Assembly (NCBI GenBank): GCA_018262795.1
Contig: JADFDM010000011.1
Location: 44,143-108,142, forward strand
DNA: 64,000 nucleotides
Reading direction: 5' to 3'
DNA from: Sphingobacteriales bacterium
Lineage (GTDB): Bacteria > Bacteroidota > Bacteroidia > Chitinophagales > LD1
Both the position numbers and the translations under genes were made by a program. The notes beneath the pieces are model-generated. The model did no database searches. It was given only the letters and a program-made list of their open reading frames with translations, and was not told the DNA's origin. Shown here piece after piece: positions 1 to 10,138 of this stretch. Position 1 is the stretch's first letter, and every line of letters begins with the position of its first letter.

Positions 1-1727
1 GCATGATCCTTGGGTCTAAAATACACGTAGGCGGTGTCGCTAATAGGAATTTCAAACACTCCTTTGAGGTCAATGTTATTATTCTTCAGATCAATAAAGT
101 CATTCCCCTTTTGCGGAGCAGAGGTGATACGGATAATATCGTAATCAATTTTCTTGGCATTGGCCAACACATAATTAATGGCCTTATCTTTCAGCGTGAC
201 TATTCCCTGATCTTCATCGTAAAGAATAAAGCCATTCTCGACTAATTCATAAAAAAGAGAGCGTGCCTGCTCCTCTGTCAATTTCGGATTCAGCGCCCGA
301 GCTACTTCTAAGGCATTCATTTCACGAGAGCCGGTTTTTTCGTACAATTTTTTGAGGATAGAAAGTGGTTCATACGAAGCTACACCCTGTATTTTTCGAA
401 TAATCTCTTTGTTGAAATAATTGACTGATTCAAATACTCCGGGTTTTACTCCCACTCCGGAAAGTATTTTCAGATTGAGGATAGATGAATCCAGATTCCA
501 GAAAATAGCATCGGTCTGAAATTCATGGTTGTGATAGGAGTCGTAAAATTTTGCTTTGCCTACTCCGGTCTCCCCTCTAAGGAGGCGCATTTCTCGCTTC
601 TGAATTTTGTAAACTAAGTTGAGCTGCGGATGGTAAATAGAATCTGTGCCAAAATAGATAGAAACCTCTGCTTTGCTGGCTCCGAGTTCTTCTCCCTTTT
701 TAATGTAAATAGCATTTGACCAGGCAGAAAGCACTTTTGTTTTTCCGTCTTTGGAATAGAAAATCAATTGCGAGCGAGTGTCTCCACTACCTGTGCCTAT
801 TACCTTACTTCCGTAAAGTCCGAAACCACCTCGATAGGATACATTCGGAGCAATATCTTTGATCTCCATGTCGGCATTGTACGATTCGAAACGCGGATAC
901 CCAAGGCCGCTGGAGTCGCCTCCCGAAACTATTTTATCAGTGAGTTTGCCTAACACCGGCTGCTTAAAATACTCGGGGAAATAAAAAGAGACTGAGTCAA
1001 TAGAATAGATGTAGTTATTGATATTGATGGAGTAATTTTTAAAAGTGCAATACGCCTTTGAACCATCCAGCCCTGCGCGCCCCCAATCCACCTTGCCGGA
1101 CTTTCCTACCCACTTCTGCTCCAAGGGCAAATAGCTGCCTTCAGTCTGTTTCACGGAAATGGTATCGCCCCTTGCAAATCCCTTTAAAGTAGTAACCGGG
1201 AAGCTCACTTTAGGTTGGCCATCTTCATACACCAATTTATAATCGGGGCTTTCTACCATCCACGTTTTGGTGTTGGAAGAAATAAGCGCCTCATCCGCGA
1301 AAAAGGAATTAGAAAACTCCACCATTTTAAGGAAGTCATTGTTGTATCCCTTCTTCTGATGTTGTGCCACCTCATCCAGCACTTTGCTCCATTGAGTAAA
1401 CTGTTCATCAGTTTTTGCAGCAATGGCGGCATTATTTACCGCAGTGAGGTAATTGTAAAAGTGAGTAGCAGGAGCCATCAACCTACCCGCCATAATATTT
1501 GAGGTAGTGATAATTTCCGCAATCCAGGCATCTGTAATCTTTCCGTCCTTCATCAGCTTTTTAAAATCATCCATGGTGCGCTGATTCTGTGGAATTTTAG
1601 AAGCGGTCATAAACTGCTCTAACTCCTTCAAAAATTTGTCCTTGTCGGTACTGAAGGAGGTGACCAGTTGGGTATGCCCCCATGAGTAGCTGGCAAGGCA
1701 GGCAATGAGTATAATAAGTCTTTTCAT
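1..1727 (-). CDS. conserved hypothetical exported protein, partial (C-terminus lies beyond the left edge)
   Basis: Absent from the ORF track because no stop lies in the window. The minus-strand ATG at 1727-1725 opens MKRLIILIACLASYSWGHTQ..., which looks like a signal peptide. I translated it by hand to position 3 (575 codons) without meeting a stop. The + strand here has only short shadow ORFs. No family recognised. Confidence 0.7.
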   Translation of the reverse strand, partial: MKRLIILIACLASYSWGHTQLVTSFSTDKDKFLKELEQFMTASKIPQNQRTMDDFKKLMKDGKITDAWIAEIITTSNIMAGRLMAPATHFYNYLTAVNNAAIAAKTDEQFTQWSKVLDEVAQHQKKGYNNDFLKMVEFSNSFFADEALISSNTKTWMVESPDYKLVYEDGQPKVSFPVTTLKGFARGDTISVKQTEGSYLPLEQKWVGKSGKVDWGRAGLDGSKAYCTFKNYSININNYIYSIDSVSFYFPEYFKQPVLGKLTDKIVSGGDSSGLGYPRFESYNADMEIKDIAPNVSYRGGFGLYGSKVIGTGSGDTRSQLIFYSKDGKTKVLSAWSNAIYIKKGEELGASKAEVSIYFGTDSIYHPQLNLVYKIQKREMRLLRGETGVGKAKFYDSYHNHEFQTDAIFWNLDSSILNLKILSGVGVKPGVFESVNYFNKEIIRKIQGVASYEPLSILKKLYEKTGSREMNALEVARALNPKLTEEQARSLFYELVENGFILYDEDQGIVTLKDKAINYVLANAKKIDYDIIRITSAPQKGNDFIDLKNNNIDLKGVFEIPISDTAYVYFRPKDH

Positions 1728-1739
1728 TTTACTTTTTGT

Positions 1740-2564
1740 TTAAGGCTGCTTGATAGAGATAGCTAACCAACCGTTGTTTCGTAGTATTTTATCAGCAAAT
1801 AGCTTGAGGCGTTTCACTTCGCGCATGATAATAGCTTCGTCACTTTGTAAAATGCCGCTAATAATGAGCACTCCTTTTTCTTTCATCAAGGTCTTCCATT
1901 TTTCCATGTTTTTTAGAATGACTTGCCGATTAATATTCGCCAGAATAATATCAAATTTCTCTTCGAATACCATCGTATCATCTCCCTTCAAACAATGAAT
2001 ATGAACGCAACTGTTGCTTTCCGTATTTTCTAAACAATTGCGGTAGGCCCATTCTTCGTAGTCAACAGCAATTATTTTAGCTGCTTTTAACTTCTCGGCC
2101 AATATCGCTAACACCCCGGTTCCGCTACCAAAATCAAGCACCTTTTTTTCTGTAAAATCAGTTTCCATCATCATCGCAATCACCGAAGCAGTAGTAGCAT
2201 GATGTCCCGTGCCGAAACTCATCTTAGGTTCAATAATAATTTCGTATTCTGTTTTCAGCGGGGCGTGAAACGGGGCGCGAATTCCCACTTTGCCGGCTAC
2301 TACAATCGGTTCAAAGTTTTTCTCCCACTCCTCATTCCAGTTTTTCTCCGGCACTTCGCTTTGCTCAAAGGTGATATGGTGTAAGTCATTATCAAACAAC
2401 ACTTCTTTTACCAACAATGGTCGGATGTAAGCCGCTTTCACATATCCCTTTAGCGAATCAGAAGTTTCTTCAAAACCTTCAAAGTGATGTTCGTTGAGAA
2501 TGGCTATTAACCATTCGCGCTCACCTTCATCTTTGGTAAAGAAATCGTACATCATATATTTCAT
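1740..2564 (-). CDS. prmA: ribosomal protein L11 methyltransferase
   Basis: 274 aa with a PrmA-type N-terminal domain and the SAM-binding motif VLDFGSGTGVLAI. Tightly packed with tpiA. Confidence 0.88.
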   Translation of the reverse strand: MKYMMYDFFTKDEGEREWLIAILNEHHFEGFEETSDSLKGYVKAAYIRPLLVKEVLFDNDLHHITFEQSEVPEKNWNEEWEKNFEPIVVAGKVGIRAPFHAPLKTEYEIIIEPKMSFGTGHHATTASVIAMMMETDFTEKKVLDFGSGTGVLAILAEKLKAAKIIAVDYEEWAYRNCLENTESNSCVHIHCLKGDDTMVFEEKFDIILANINRQVILKNMEKWKTLMKEKGVLIISGILQSDEAIIMREVKRLKLFADKILRNNGWLAISIKQP

Positions 2565-2566
2565 GC

Positions 2567-3319
2567 CTACACCGATTGAATGATTGAAATGAAATCGTTT
2601 GCTTTTAGAGAAGCGCCCCCTATCAATCCACCATCTACATCGGCACCTCTGAAAAGCGCAGCCGCATTATCCGGCTTACAACTTCCCCCATATAAAATAC
2701 GTGTTTGCAGCGCCATGGCCTTTCCGAATTGCTCCGCCATTTTGCCGCGAATAAAAGCGTGCATCTGCTGGGCCTGTTCCGGAGTGGCATTCAAACCGGA
2801 ACCAATCGCCCATACCGGTTCGTAAGCAATCACCACTTGCAGCATATCTTCATCGCTCAGAGCAAAAAGACTTTCTTCTAATTGTTTAGAAACATATTCC
2901 TCCTGAGTGCCGGCTTGCCGAATATCGAGCGGTTCACCGCAACAAAACACTACTTTCAATGGATGGCGCAATGCCACTTTTAGTTTTTCTTTCAGCACTT
3001 CATTGGTTTCTCCAAATAACTCCCTGCGTTCAGAATGGCCAATGATTAAATATTCCACACCGATGGAGGACAACATAGCTGCCGATACCTCTCCGGTAAA
3101 TGCCCCCGATTCTTTGGCGCTGCAATTTTGCGCTCCTACTTTCACTCCGCTATCTTTTAATAGTGCGACTGCTTCAGTGAGATAAATGAAGGAGGGAAAC
3201 ACAATGACTTCACCGTCAAAACCCGATTTCCAATCGCGGACATCACGAATTAACTGCATCGCTTCGGAGTGCGACAGGTTCATCTTCCAGTTCCCGGCAA
3301 TAATTTTTTTTCTGCTCAT
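2567..3319 (-). CDS. tpiA: triosephosphate isomerase
   Basis: 250 aa with TIM signatures AGNWKMN, IGHSERR and YEPVWAIGSG. Confidence 0.95.
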   Translation of the reverse strand: MSRKKIIAGNWKMNLSHSEAMQLIRDVRDWKSGFDGEVIVFPSFIYLTEAVALLKDSGVKVGAQNCSAKESGAFTGEVSAAMLSSIGVEYLIIGHSERRELFGETNEVLKEKLKVALRHPLKVVFCCGEPLDIRQAGTQEEYVSKQLEESLFALSDEDMLQVVIAYEPVWAIGSGLNATPEQAQQMHAFIRGKMAEQFGKAMALQTRILYGGSCKPDNAAALFRGADVDGGLIGGASLKANDFISIIQSV

Positions 3320-3328
3320 TTCTACAAC

Positions 3329-4537
3329 CTACTTCTTGTTTTCTTTTCGATATTTTTCCTCTCGCTCAAAAACTGTTTTCATAATCTGCCAATCTGCCTC
3401 TTCCATTTTCAGCCCTCTGCGTTGCACCATCCGATTGGCTACTTCCATCGCTTTATCAAAAGTAAAAGTGCGCAGCCAAGCAGCGCCACCCCAACTAAAT
3501 GAGGGGATAAACTTTGGCGGGAAGTCCGCTCCGAAAATATTGGAAGAAACACCGACTACGGTGCCGGTGTTAAACATGGTGTTGATGCCGCACTTGGAAT
3601 GATCGCCCATCAATAAGCCACAGAACTGAAGTCCGGTATCAACGGCTTTCCCTTCGCGATAGCTGAATACATCCACCTCACCATAATTATTTTTCAGATT
3701 GCTGTTATTGGTATCCGCTCCCAAGTTACACCACTCACCAATCACCGAATTGCCCAGAAAGCCGTCATGCGCTTTGTTGCTGTAGCCAAACATCACTACA
3801 TTATTCAATTCACCACCTGCTTTGCAGTGAGGTCCCAGCGTAGTAGAGCCATATACTTTTGCTCCCATCTTGAGCGCGGAATGCTCCCCTAAAGCCAGCG
3901 GTCCGCGCACGGTGCAACCTTCCATTAGCTCTGCTTCTTTCCCAATATATACCGGACCAGCGTTGGTGTTGAGGATACAGGCCTCTACTTTTGCGCCTTC
4001 TTCTAAAAAAATATTTTCCAAAGAGCCGATCACCGTGTTGCTATTGCTCAATGGCTGCGATTCTCTACCCTTTGTAAGGGCTACAAAATCCTCTTGCAAG
4101 GCCGCCCCATTCATACGAAAAATATCCCAGGGGTAAGCGATGGCCTGAACGGAAGAAGAATAGTTCACCGTAGTAAATCCTTTGGCAATAGCTTCAAAAT
4201 TTTGATAATTCAGATGATGCTTTTCACTTTTGAAAGCAATCAGATTTCCATTGGCCACCAGCGATTGCAAAGCGCCTAATTCTCGAATAGCCTGCACCAA
4301 TTTTTCCTCCGGCAAAACGGCTCCATTAATATACAAAGCCGGAGCAGTGCCGGAAGGAGGAATAAATTTTCCGTACAAATAATCTTCCGTCAGGCTACAA
4401 GAAGTTCCACCAAAACTGCGTTCCCATTTTTCGCGGATAGTGGTGATTCCTAAACGGATGTCGGCCACCGGTCGGGTAAAGGTGAACGGAAGCAGATTTT
4501 CTCTGGTAGAACGACTATCAAACAGAATGATGTTCAT
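3329..4537 (-). CDS. GlmU-like sugar nucleotidyltransferase with left-handed beta-helix (hexapeptide) repeats
   Basis: The track ORF extends to 4744, but that N-terminal extension overlaps the divergent gene. The ATG at 4537 gives MNIILFDSRSTRENLLPFTFTRP..., 402 aa. The C-terminal half has hexapeptide repeats (NSVIGEWCNLGADTNNSN, KMGAKVYGSTTLGPH). Confidence 0.7.
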   Translation of the reverse strand: MNIILFDSRSTRENLLPFTFTRPVADIRLGITTIREKWERSFGGTSCSLTEDYLYGKFIPPSGTAPALYINGAVLPEEKLVQAIRELGALQSLVANGNLIAFKSEKHHLNYQNFEAIAKGFTTVNYSSSVQAIAYPWDIFRMNGAALQEDFVALTKGRESQPLSNSNTVIGSLENIFLEEGAKVEACILNTNAGPVYIGKEAELMEGCTVRGPLALGEHSALKMGAKVYGSTTLGPHCKAGGELNNVVMFGYSNKAHDGFLGNSVIGEWCNLGADTNNSNLKNNYGEVDVFSYREGKAVDTGLQFCGLLMGDHSKCGINTMFNTGTVVGVSSNIFGADFPPKFIPSFSWGGAAWLRTFTFDKAMEVANRMVQRRGLKMEEADWQIMKTVFEREEKYRKENKK

Positions 4538-4722
4538 GCGCTTAAAAATAGAAAGTTCCCTTAATAAGGAATATGAAATGGCGAAAGCTAACAAAAAGCC
4601 TGTCTGTATGATTTTTGCGGGCATCTCTTTAGGCCGTTTCTTGTTTTTAATAAATGTACGCCTGTATGTGATGAAAGAAATTATTTTTAGATGACAATTA
4701 GGTATAGATTGCCTCTTTAAAT

Positions 4723-5643
4723 ATGACTTACATGACCTTTTCAAAATACATTAAACAGCTTGGTCATTCATTACTGATTGCTACTTTCCTGCTCCATGTA
4801 TTGTTCATCGGCTCTTGCAAAAAAGGTTCTTCGCCAAGCGGTGAGTTTTCGGTGATGAGTTATAACATTGCCGGCTTGCCCGAACCCTTTTCTTCCTCCC
4901 ATCCTGCTACTTACACTTCCATCATCAGCCCGCTGTTGAACGAACATAATATTGTTCAGGTGCAAGAAGATTTTTGCTATCACGATTCCGTATTGTTGTT
5001 TGAGCATCACCCTTACAAAACGCAAACCTCCGGCTGCATTCCTCAGGGAAGCGGATTGAATACTTTTTCCGATTTCCCCATTAATAATTATGTGCGAGTG
5101 CCTTGGGTGACCTGTTCCGGTTTTGATTGCATGACTCCCAAAGGATTTAGTTATTCGCAAATAGAAATTCGCGGTGGAACCTTTATAGATGTATATAACG
5201 TACATGCCAATGCCGGCTCATCCGATGAAGGATGCTCTGCCCGGAGAGGGAATATCGAACAACTCAGCAATTATATCCATGAGCATTCACAAGGCAAGGC
5301 GGTGATTGTAATGGGTGACTTTAACAGCCGCTACACCCGCAGTTTGGACACTATCCGAGCGATGGCCGATCTGGGGTTTCACGATGTGTGGATTGATCTT
5401 ATCTGCCATCATCAAATTCCCGATACCGGAATAGCTAACCTGACAAACTGCGATCCACCACGCACTCAGCCCGATTGCGAAAGAGTAGATAAAATATTTT
5501 ATCGCAACAACGGAACCATTACGTTGGAACCCACCTTCTATCAAGTGGATGATTCCCGATTTTATTATCAGGGAAATGATACTATGCCTTTATCCGACCA
5601 CTGGCCTGTATTTGCCAAGTTTAACTACAAGATTTCAGAATAG
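4723..5643 (+). CDS. endonuclease/exonuclease/phosphatase (EEP) family lipoprotein
   Basis: 306 aa with a signal plus lipobox-like FIGSC. EEP motifs SYNIAGLPE, VMGDFNSRY and LSDHWPV are present. Confidence 0.8.
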   Translation: MTYMTFSKYIKQLGHSLLIATFLLHVLFIGSCKKGSSPSGEFSVMSYNIAGLPEPFSSSHPATYTSIISPLLNEHNIVQVQEDFCYHDSVLLFEHHPYKTQTSGCIPQGSGLNTFSDFPINNYVRVPWVTCSGFDCMTPKGFSYSQIEIRGGTFIDVYNVHANAGSSDEGCSARRGNIEQLSNYIHEHSQGKAVIVMGDFNSRYTRSLDTIRAMADLGFHDVWIDLICHHQIPDTGIANLTNCDPPRTQPDCERVDKIFYRNNGTITLEPTFYQVDDSRFYYQGNDTMPLSDHWPVFAKFNYKISE

Positions 5644-5689
5644 AGTGTAATCGTATCGGACTTACAGACCTCTTCTTGAATGGTCACAA

Positions 5690-5720
5690 AAAAAGCGGAG
5701 CCGTAAGACTCCGCTTGAAA
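5690..5720. terminator. GC hairpin, probable terminator of the EEP gene (A-run upstream, short T-run downstream)
   Basis: GCGGAG(5695-5700)-ccgtaaga-CTCCGC(5709-5714), preceded by aaaaaaa and followed by ttgaaagtt. It lies 50 nt after the stop at 5643. Confidence 0.5.
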
Positions 5721-5992
5721 GTTATCTGAAACGACACCATTCCCCCCGAAATAGATGCCGCTCAGAAAACAATGCTAAAATAGCTAAACCTTCCTCCTCC
5801 TTGTAAAGTGCCATACATAATTTTTATTCTCATGGCTCCCCTGCCGGTAAGATGAGTGCCAAGAAACTTGCGCAGCGTTCCCGAAATGGGAAAGTCAGCT
5901 ATAACCTATTGTAAGTATCTGGAAATTAGTTATGTTGCTCTCTATCGGAGATAGCTTTATGTTTTCACCACTCCGGTATTAAAAAGTAGAGC

Positions 5993-7525
5993 ATGAGAGA
6001 AGCCGTTCGTTTTACCTTGATAGCTTTATTAATCGTAGTCATACTGACGGGCACTTTTAGGTGGCCTTTATACGGCTCCATTGTCATAGGAATATTTTTA
6101 TTCACTATGGGGCTATATGACATATTCCAAAAGGAGCGTTCCATACTTCGCAACTTCCCGCTGCTGGGTCACATGCGCTACTTCCTTGAACTCCTCCGCC
6201 CCGAATTGCATCAGTATTTTGTAGAATCCAATACCGATGGCAAACCCATTGACCGCAATCATCGCACCTATATTTATGCACGAGCCAAATTAGAGAGAGA
6301 CACCCACCCCTTTGGCACAGAACTGGAAGTGAACGAAGAAAATTTTATGTGGATGCAACATAGCATTTATCCTGTTGCTGTGCTACCTCAAGCTCCACGG
6401 GTAATGATGGGTGGTTCACACTGCAAGCGGCCCTATTCCGCCAGTCTTTTCAATATTTCAGCCATGAGTTATGGCTCTCTTAGCAAAAACGCTATAATGG
6501 CGCTAAACTTAGGTGCCCAAGCCGGAAATTTTTATCACAATACCGGGGAGGGTGGTATTTCTGAATATCACTTGCAGGGAGGTGATTTAGTATTTGAAAT
6601 AGGAACCGGCTACTTTGGTTGCCGCACTCATGACGGACATTTTTCTCCGGAAGAGTTTAGCAAGAAAGCTGCTTTACCGGAAGTGAAAATGATAGAACTA
6701 AAAATATCGCAGGGCGCTAAACCCGGTCACGGTGGGGTGTTGCCTGCCGCCAAAAACAATAAAGAGATTGCACACATCCGAGGGGTGAAACCACATACAA
6801 CTATCCTTTCACCTCCGGGTCACAGCACCTTTAGCGATCCGGCAGGATTGCTTCGGTTTATACAACAGTTGCGCGAACTCTCGGGCGGCAAGCCTATCGG
6901 TTTTAAACTATCTATAGGCAGCAAGAAGGAGTTCATTGAAATATGCGAGCAAATGGTAGCCACCGGCATAAAGCCCGATTTTATTACTGTAGATGGTGCC
7001 GAAGGCGGAACCGGTGCTGCTCCGATTGATTTCTCCAATTACGTGGGAATGCCTTGGGAGAATGCTCTCATTTTTGTAGTGGACACCTTGCACTATTATA
7101 ACTTGAAGAAAGATATCCGCATCGTTACGGCCACCAAAATATTTACCGCCTTCGATATTTTCAAAGCGCTTTGTATCGGTGCCGATATCTGCAACTCTGC
7201 GCGGGGAATGATGCTGGCTCTCGGTTGCATTCAAGCCTTGATTTGCGACACCAACCGATGCCCCACCGGTGTTACCTCAAATAATCCGAGATTGATGCGA
7301 GGTTTGGCGGTCTCTGATAAATGGCAACGGGTGAAAAACTATCAGCAAAAAACATTAGCCGACTTTACAGAGTTATTTGCTGCTGCGGGGTGTACGGAAC
7401 TCAGCCAACTCAACCGTCACCTAATCCACAAAAAAGTAAACGGTAAGATATGCTCCTATCAGGAATTGTATCCTTTGCCTGCCACTCTCGCAAGCGGTAT
7501 CTCAGTGTCGCCCACACACATTTAA
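5993..7525 (+). CDS. FMN-binding glutamate synthase family protein (GltB domain-2-like), membrane-anchored
   Basis: 510 aa with N-terminal TM helices. Motifs NISAMSYGSLS, NTGEGG, LKISQGAKPGHGGVLP and DFITVDGAEGGTGAAP are present. Confidence 0.85.
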   Translation: MREAVRFTLIALLIVVILTGTFRWPLYGSIVIGIFLFTMGLYDIFQKERSILRNFPLLGHMRYFLELLRPELHQYFVESNTDGKPIDRNHRTYIYARAKLERDTHPFGTELEVNEENFMWMQHSIYPVAVLPQAPRVMMGGSHCKRPYSASLFNISAMSYGSLSKNAIMALNLGAQAGNFYHNTGEGGISEYHLQGGDLVFEIGTGYFGCRTHDGHFSPEEFSKKAALPEVKMIELKISQGAKPGHGGVLPAAKNNKEIAHIRGVKPHTTILSPPGHSTFSDPAGLLRFIQQLRELSGGKPIGFKLSIGSKKEFIEICEQMVATGIKPDFITVDGAEGGTGAAPIDFSNYVGMPWENALIFVVDTLHYYNLKKDIRIVTATKIFTAFDIFKALCIGADICNSARGMMLALGCIQALICDTNRCPTGVTSNNPRLMRGLAVSDKWQRVKNYQQKTLADFTELFAAAGCTELSQLNRHLIHKKVNGKICSYQELYPLPATLASGISVSPTHI

Positions 7526-7679
7526 TTTTACGGCAAAGATTGATTTTCATAATCCGTTTGTAACGGCACAGAAGACATATCATTAAGTTGCATCAAAATG
7601 GTTCTATCTATCCATTTTCATCCATTCGCTTTAACTATTTTCGTTCGTTATTGATTGAACTTACTAAAAGAATCAGCAA

Positions 7680-8135
7680 ATGATTACTCTACAAGAAGGA
7701 GATAAAGCTCCGGCATTTAAAACGAAAGATCAGGATGGGAAAACGGTATCGCTTAAAGACTATTTGGGCAAAAGGGTAATTCTTTATTTCTATCCGCAAG
7801 ATGATACCCCCACCTGCACTCAAGAAGCCTGCAACTTTCGCGATAACTTCGCCTTATTGAAAAAGCAGGGTTATACCATTCTGGGAGTGAGTCCCGATTC
7901 CCCCGAATCGCACACCAAGTTCATTCAAAAGTTTAAACTGCCTTTCACGTTGTTAGCCGATGAAGAGAAGAAAATCATTAATGCCTATGGCGTATGGGGT
8001 CCCAAAAAGTTGTACGGCAGAGAATACGAAGGCATTTACCGAAGCACTTTTGTAATAGATGAAAAGGGAAAGATTGAGAAGATTGTTCGCAGAGTGCTGT
8101 CGAAAAAAGCAACGGAACAAGTAATGAAATCTTAA
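7680..8135 (+). CDS. bcp: thioredoxin-dependent thiol peroxidase (peroxiredoxin Bcp)
   Basis: 151 aa with the AhpC/TSA fold motif FYPQDDTPTCTQEAC. Confidence 0.9.
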   Translation: MITLQEGDKAPAFKTKDQDGKTVSLKDYLGKRVILYFYPQDDTPTCTQEACNFRDNFALLKKQGYTILGVSPDSPESHTKFIQKFKLPFTLLADEEKKIINAYGVWGPKKLYGREYEGIYRSTFVIDEKGKIEKIVRRVLSKKATEQVMKS

Positions 8136-8191
8136 CAGCCAAAAATCTTGTCGCAACAACAATTTTTTATTTCTTTGAGAAAACTAAGCGA

Positions 8192-9067
8192 ATGAAAAAG
8201 AACCATTTACTACTCACCGCATTGATTGTCCTTGTCTTTATTTTGGTGGATACTACTAAAGTAAACTCTCACGTTAATTATCCTGATCCGGGGAATTGTG
8301 GCGATCCGGTCACCAATGTAACTTGCGCTCAAAGCGGATGCCATGCTTCTCCTTCACAGGTGGCTACCCCTAATGATTTTACTTTAACGATAGGTACCGG
8401 CACTCCTACTACTCCACTGTCAAGCAGTTTTAAATACGCTCCCAATACAACTTACAACATTGCTTTGCTTTTAAATGCTTTTCTGAGTAATCCCTATTAC
8501 GGATTTCAAATTACTGCGTTAGATGCCAGCAATACTAAAGCAGGTTCTTTTACAGTTTCTAATGCGGGTACCACAAAAATTACCACGGCAGGCCCCTACG
8601 AATACATGGGGCATTTGAATGCTAACTCTACTCACAACTGGGTTTTCAAGTGGACTTCACCAGCCGCCTCTACCGGCCCTGTTTCTTTTTATTTCGCATT
8701 TAATGAAGCCAGTGTAGCCTCTCCTCCACCCACAGTACCTGTAGGAACCATTTACACAGGTAATGTAACTATTCAGCCTAATTCTACCGGCATCAATGAT
8801 TTGTCTGAAACAATTTCAGGTCTTCAGGTGTTTCCCAATCCTGTTACCAATGAGTTAGGGCTTTCACTCACTATGAAACAAAATGCTACCGTTCAAGCAG
8901 GATTATACAATCTGAATGGTGAATTCGTGAATGAATTGATGAATCGCTCGGTAAATGAAGGCACTGCTGATTTTACTTTTAATACCGGCAACCTTGCTTC
9001 CGGCATTTATCTGATAAAAGTAGCCGTAGGTGATCAATTCATATCGAAAAAGATATTTCGCCAATAA
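8192..9067 (+). CDS. secreted Reeler-like domain protein with CX4CH motif and T9SS C-terminal sorting domain
   Basis: 291 aa with a signal peptide. It contains CAQSGCH, a GFQITALD...FKWTSP... Reeler-like pattern, and the C-terminal VFPNPVTNELGLSL...GIYLIKV typical of a T9SS type-A CTD. Confidence 0.7.
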   Translation: MKKNHLLLTALIVLVFILVDTTKVNSHVNYPDPGNCGDPVTNVTCAQSGCHASPSQVATPNDFTLTIGTGTPTTPLSSSFKYAPNTTYNIALLLNAFLSNPYYGFQITALDASNTKAGSFTVSNAGTTKITTAGPYEYMGHLNANSTHNWVFKWTSPAASTGPVSFYFAFNEASVASPPPTVPVGTIYTGNVTIQPNSTGINDLSETISGLQVFPNPVTNELGLSLTMKQNATVQAGLYNLNGEFVNELMNRSVNEGTADFTFNTGNLASGIYLIKVAVGDQFISKKIFRQ

Positions 9068-9448
9068 ATGAAAAAATTGTTGTGGCCGGTGGTGATGGTT
9101 TCTCTGATTGTACTTTACAGTTCTTGTGCAAAAGATGTAGCGGAAAAGCCTTCGGCTATTGATTGCTCTACGATTGATCCATCCATCAATACCTATACTC
9201 TAAACATCAAAAAAATAATTGACGGCAACTGCGCCACGGTCAATTGTCACGATGCTGTTTTTCATACGGCCTCCGGCATTTCATTGGCTACTTATGCCGA
9301 AGTGAAAGCTGAATTTGAAAAAGGAACAGTGATGGGTTCGGTGACACATTCCCCCGGCTTTATTGCTATGCCACAGAATTCACCAAAACTGGCAGACAGT
9401 TTGATTACTTATATGCAGTGTTGGGCAGATAATAATTACCCCCAATAG
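9068..9448 (+). CDS. small lipoprotein with CX4CH motif
   Basis: 126 aa with lipobox LYSSC. The motif GNCATVNCHD matches the CAxxxCH pattern of the upstream gene. Its start abuts the upstream stop (9067/9068). Confidence 0.65.
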   Translation: MKKLLWPVVMVSLIVLYSSCAKDVAEKPSAIDCSTIDPSINTYTLNIKKIIDGNCATVNCHDAVFHTASGISLATYAEVKAEFEKGTVMGSVTHSPGFIAMPQNSPKLADSLITYMQCWADNNYPQ

Positions 9449-9469
9449 CGTTCAAGTAATAAAGCCGTT

Positions 9470-10042
9470 ATGAAGAATCTGTTTGTGTTGTTTCTGCTCA
9501 CTGGTATTCCGTTTTTGCACGGCAAGGCTCAAGTTGACAAATATGCCAACACCTATTCCTGCACAGGAGGAAGTATTCACTTTTTCTCCAGTACTCCTTT
9601 AGAGAATATTGATGCCACCTCGAAAAAAGCGGTGTGTGTGCTGAATACCGAAACTAAAAAAGTGTATGCCAAAGTGCAGATGAGTAGTTTTGTTTTTACG
9701 AAGCGTTTGATGCAGGAGCATTTTAATGAAAACTACATGGAGAGCGATAAGTTTCCTTTCGGAGTATTAGACGCGGTCATTACAAATGATTTAGACTTTA
9801 CAAAGGATGGTACTTATGACGTTACTTTGAAAGGAACCTTTGAAGTGCATGGCGTAAAACAGAATAGGGAAATTCCTGGCAAGCTCACTATTACAAACGG
9901 GCAACCCTTTAGAGCTACCGCAGCGTTTACCGTAAAATTAGCCGACCACAACATTAAGATACCGCAGGCAGTCATACTGAAGATTGCAGAAGATACTAAA
10001 GTGGATGTTGACTTTTTGTTTGAAAAGTACAGTAAGAATTAA
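9470..10042 (+). CDS. YceI family (polyisoprenoid-binding) protein
   Basis: 190 aa with a signal peptide and a YceI-like beta-barrel pattern (GSIHFFSSTPLENIDATSKK..., FEVHGVKQ...). Confidence 0.75.
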   Translation: MKNLFVLFLLTGIPFLHGKAQVDKYANTYSCTGGSIHFFSSTPLENIDATSKKAVCVLNTETKKVYAKVQMSSFVFTKRLMQEHFNENYMESDKFPFGVLDAVITNDLDFTKDGTYDVTLKGTFEVHGVKQNREIPGKLTITNGQPFRATAAFTVKLADHNIKIPQAVILKIAEDTKVDVDFLFEKYSKN

Positions 10043-10064
10043 ATTCTCTTACACTCCTCCATAT

Positions 10065-10105
10065 AAATTCAAAGGGCGATTAATTAAAATCGCCCTTTGA
10101 ATTTT
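10065..10105 (+). terminator. perfect 16-bp hairpin (terminator or attenuator) between the yceI-like and beta-barrel genes
   Basis: AAATTCAAAGGGCGAT (10065-10080), loop taattaaa, then ATCGCCCTTTGAATTT (10089-10104) followed by T. Confidence 0.6.
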
Positions 10106-10138
10106 AAGCCAAACCGGAATACTATTTATTATTACAGC

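Noticed and set aside
3329-4744. N-terminal extensions of track ORFs. Examples are 4744 for the nucleotidyltransferase-like gene, and 23703, 29175, 30260, 33039, 37408, 44603, 46605, 10097 and 61369 for others.
   Set aside because: The extensions overlap neighbouring genes or hairpins and lack protein-like sequence. Internal ATGs give canonical N-termini, such as signal peptides, lipoboxes and conserved family starts.
5715-5992. A 280-nt non-coding stretch upstream of the glutamate-synthase-family gene with small hairpins (CTCAT...ATGAG, TTCCCgaaatGGGAA), considered as a riboswitch or sRNA
   Set aside because: I could not match it to any RNA family consensus I know (SRP, 6S, RNase P, tmRNA or common riboswitches). 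The stems are short. A covariance-model scan (Rfam/Infernal) would be needed before claiming anything.
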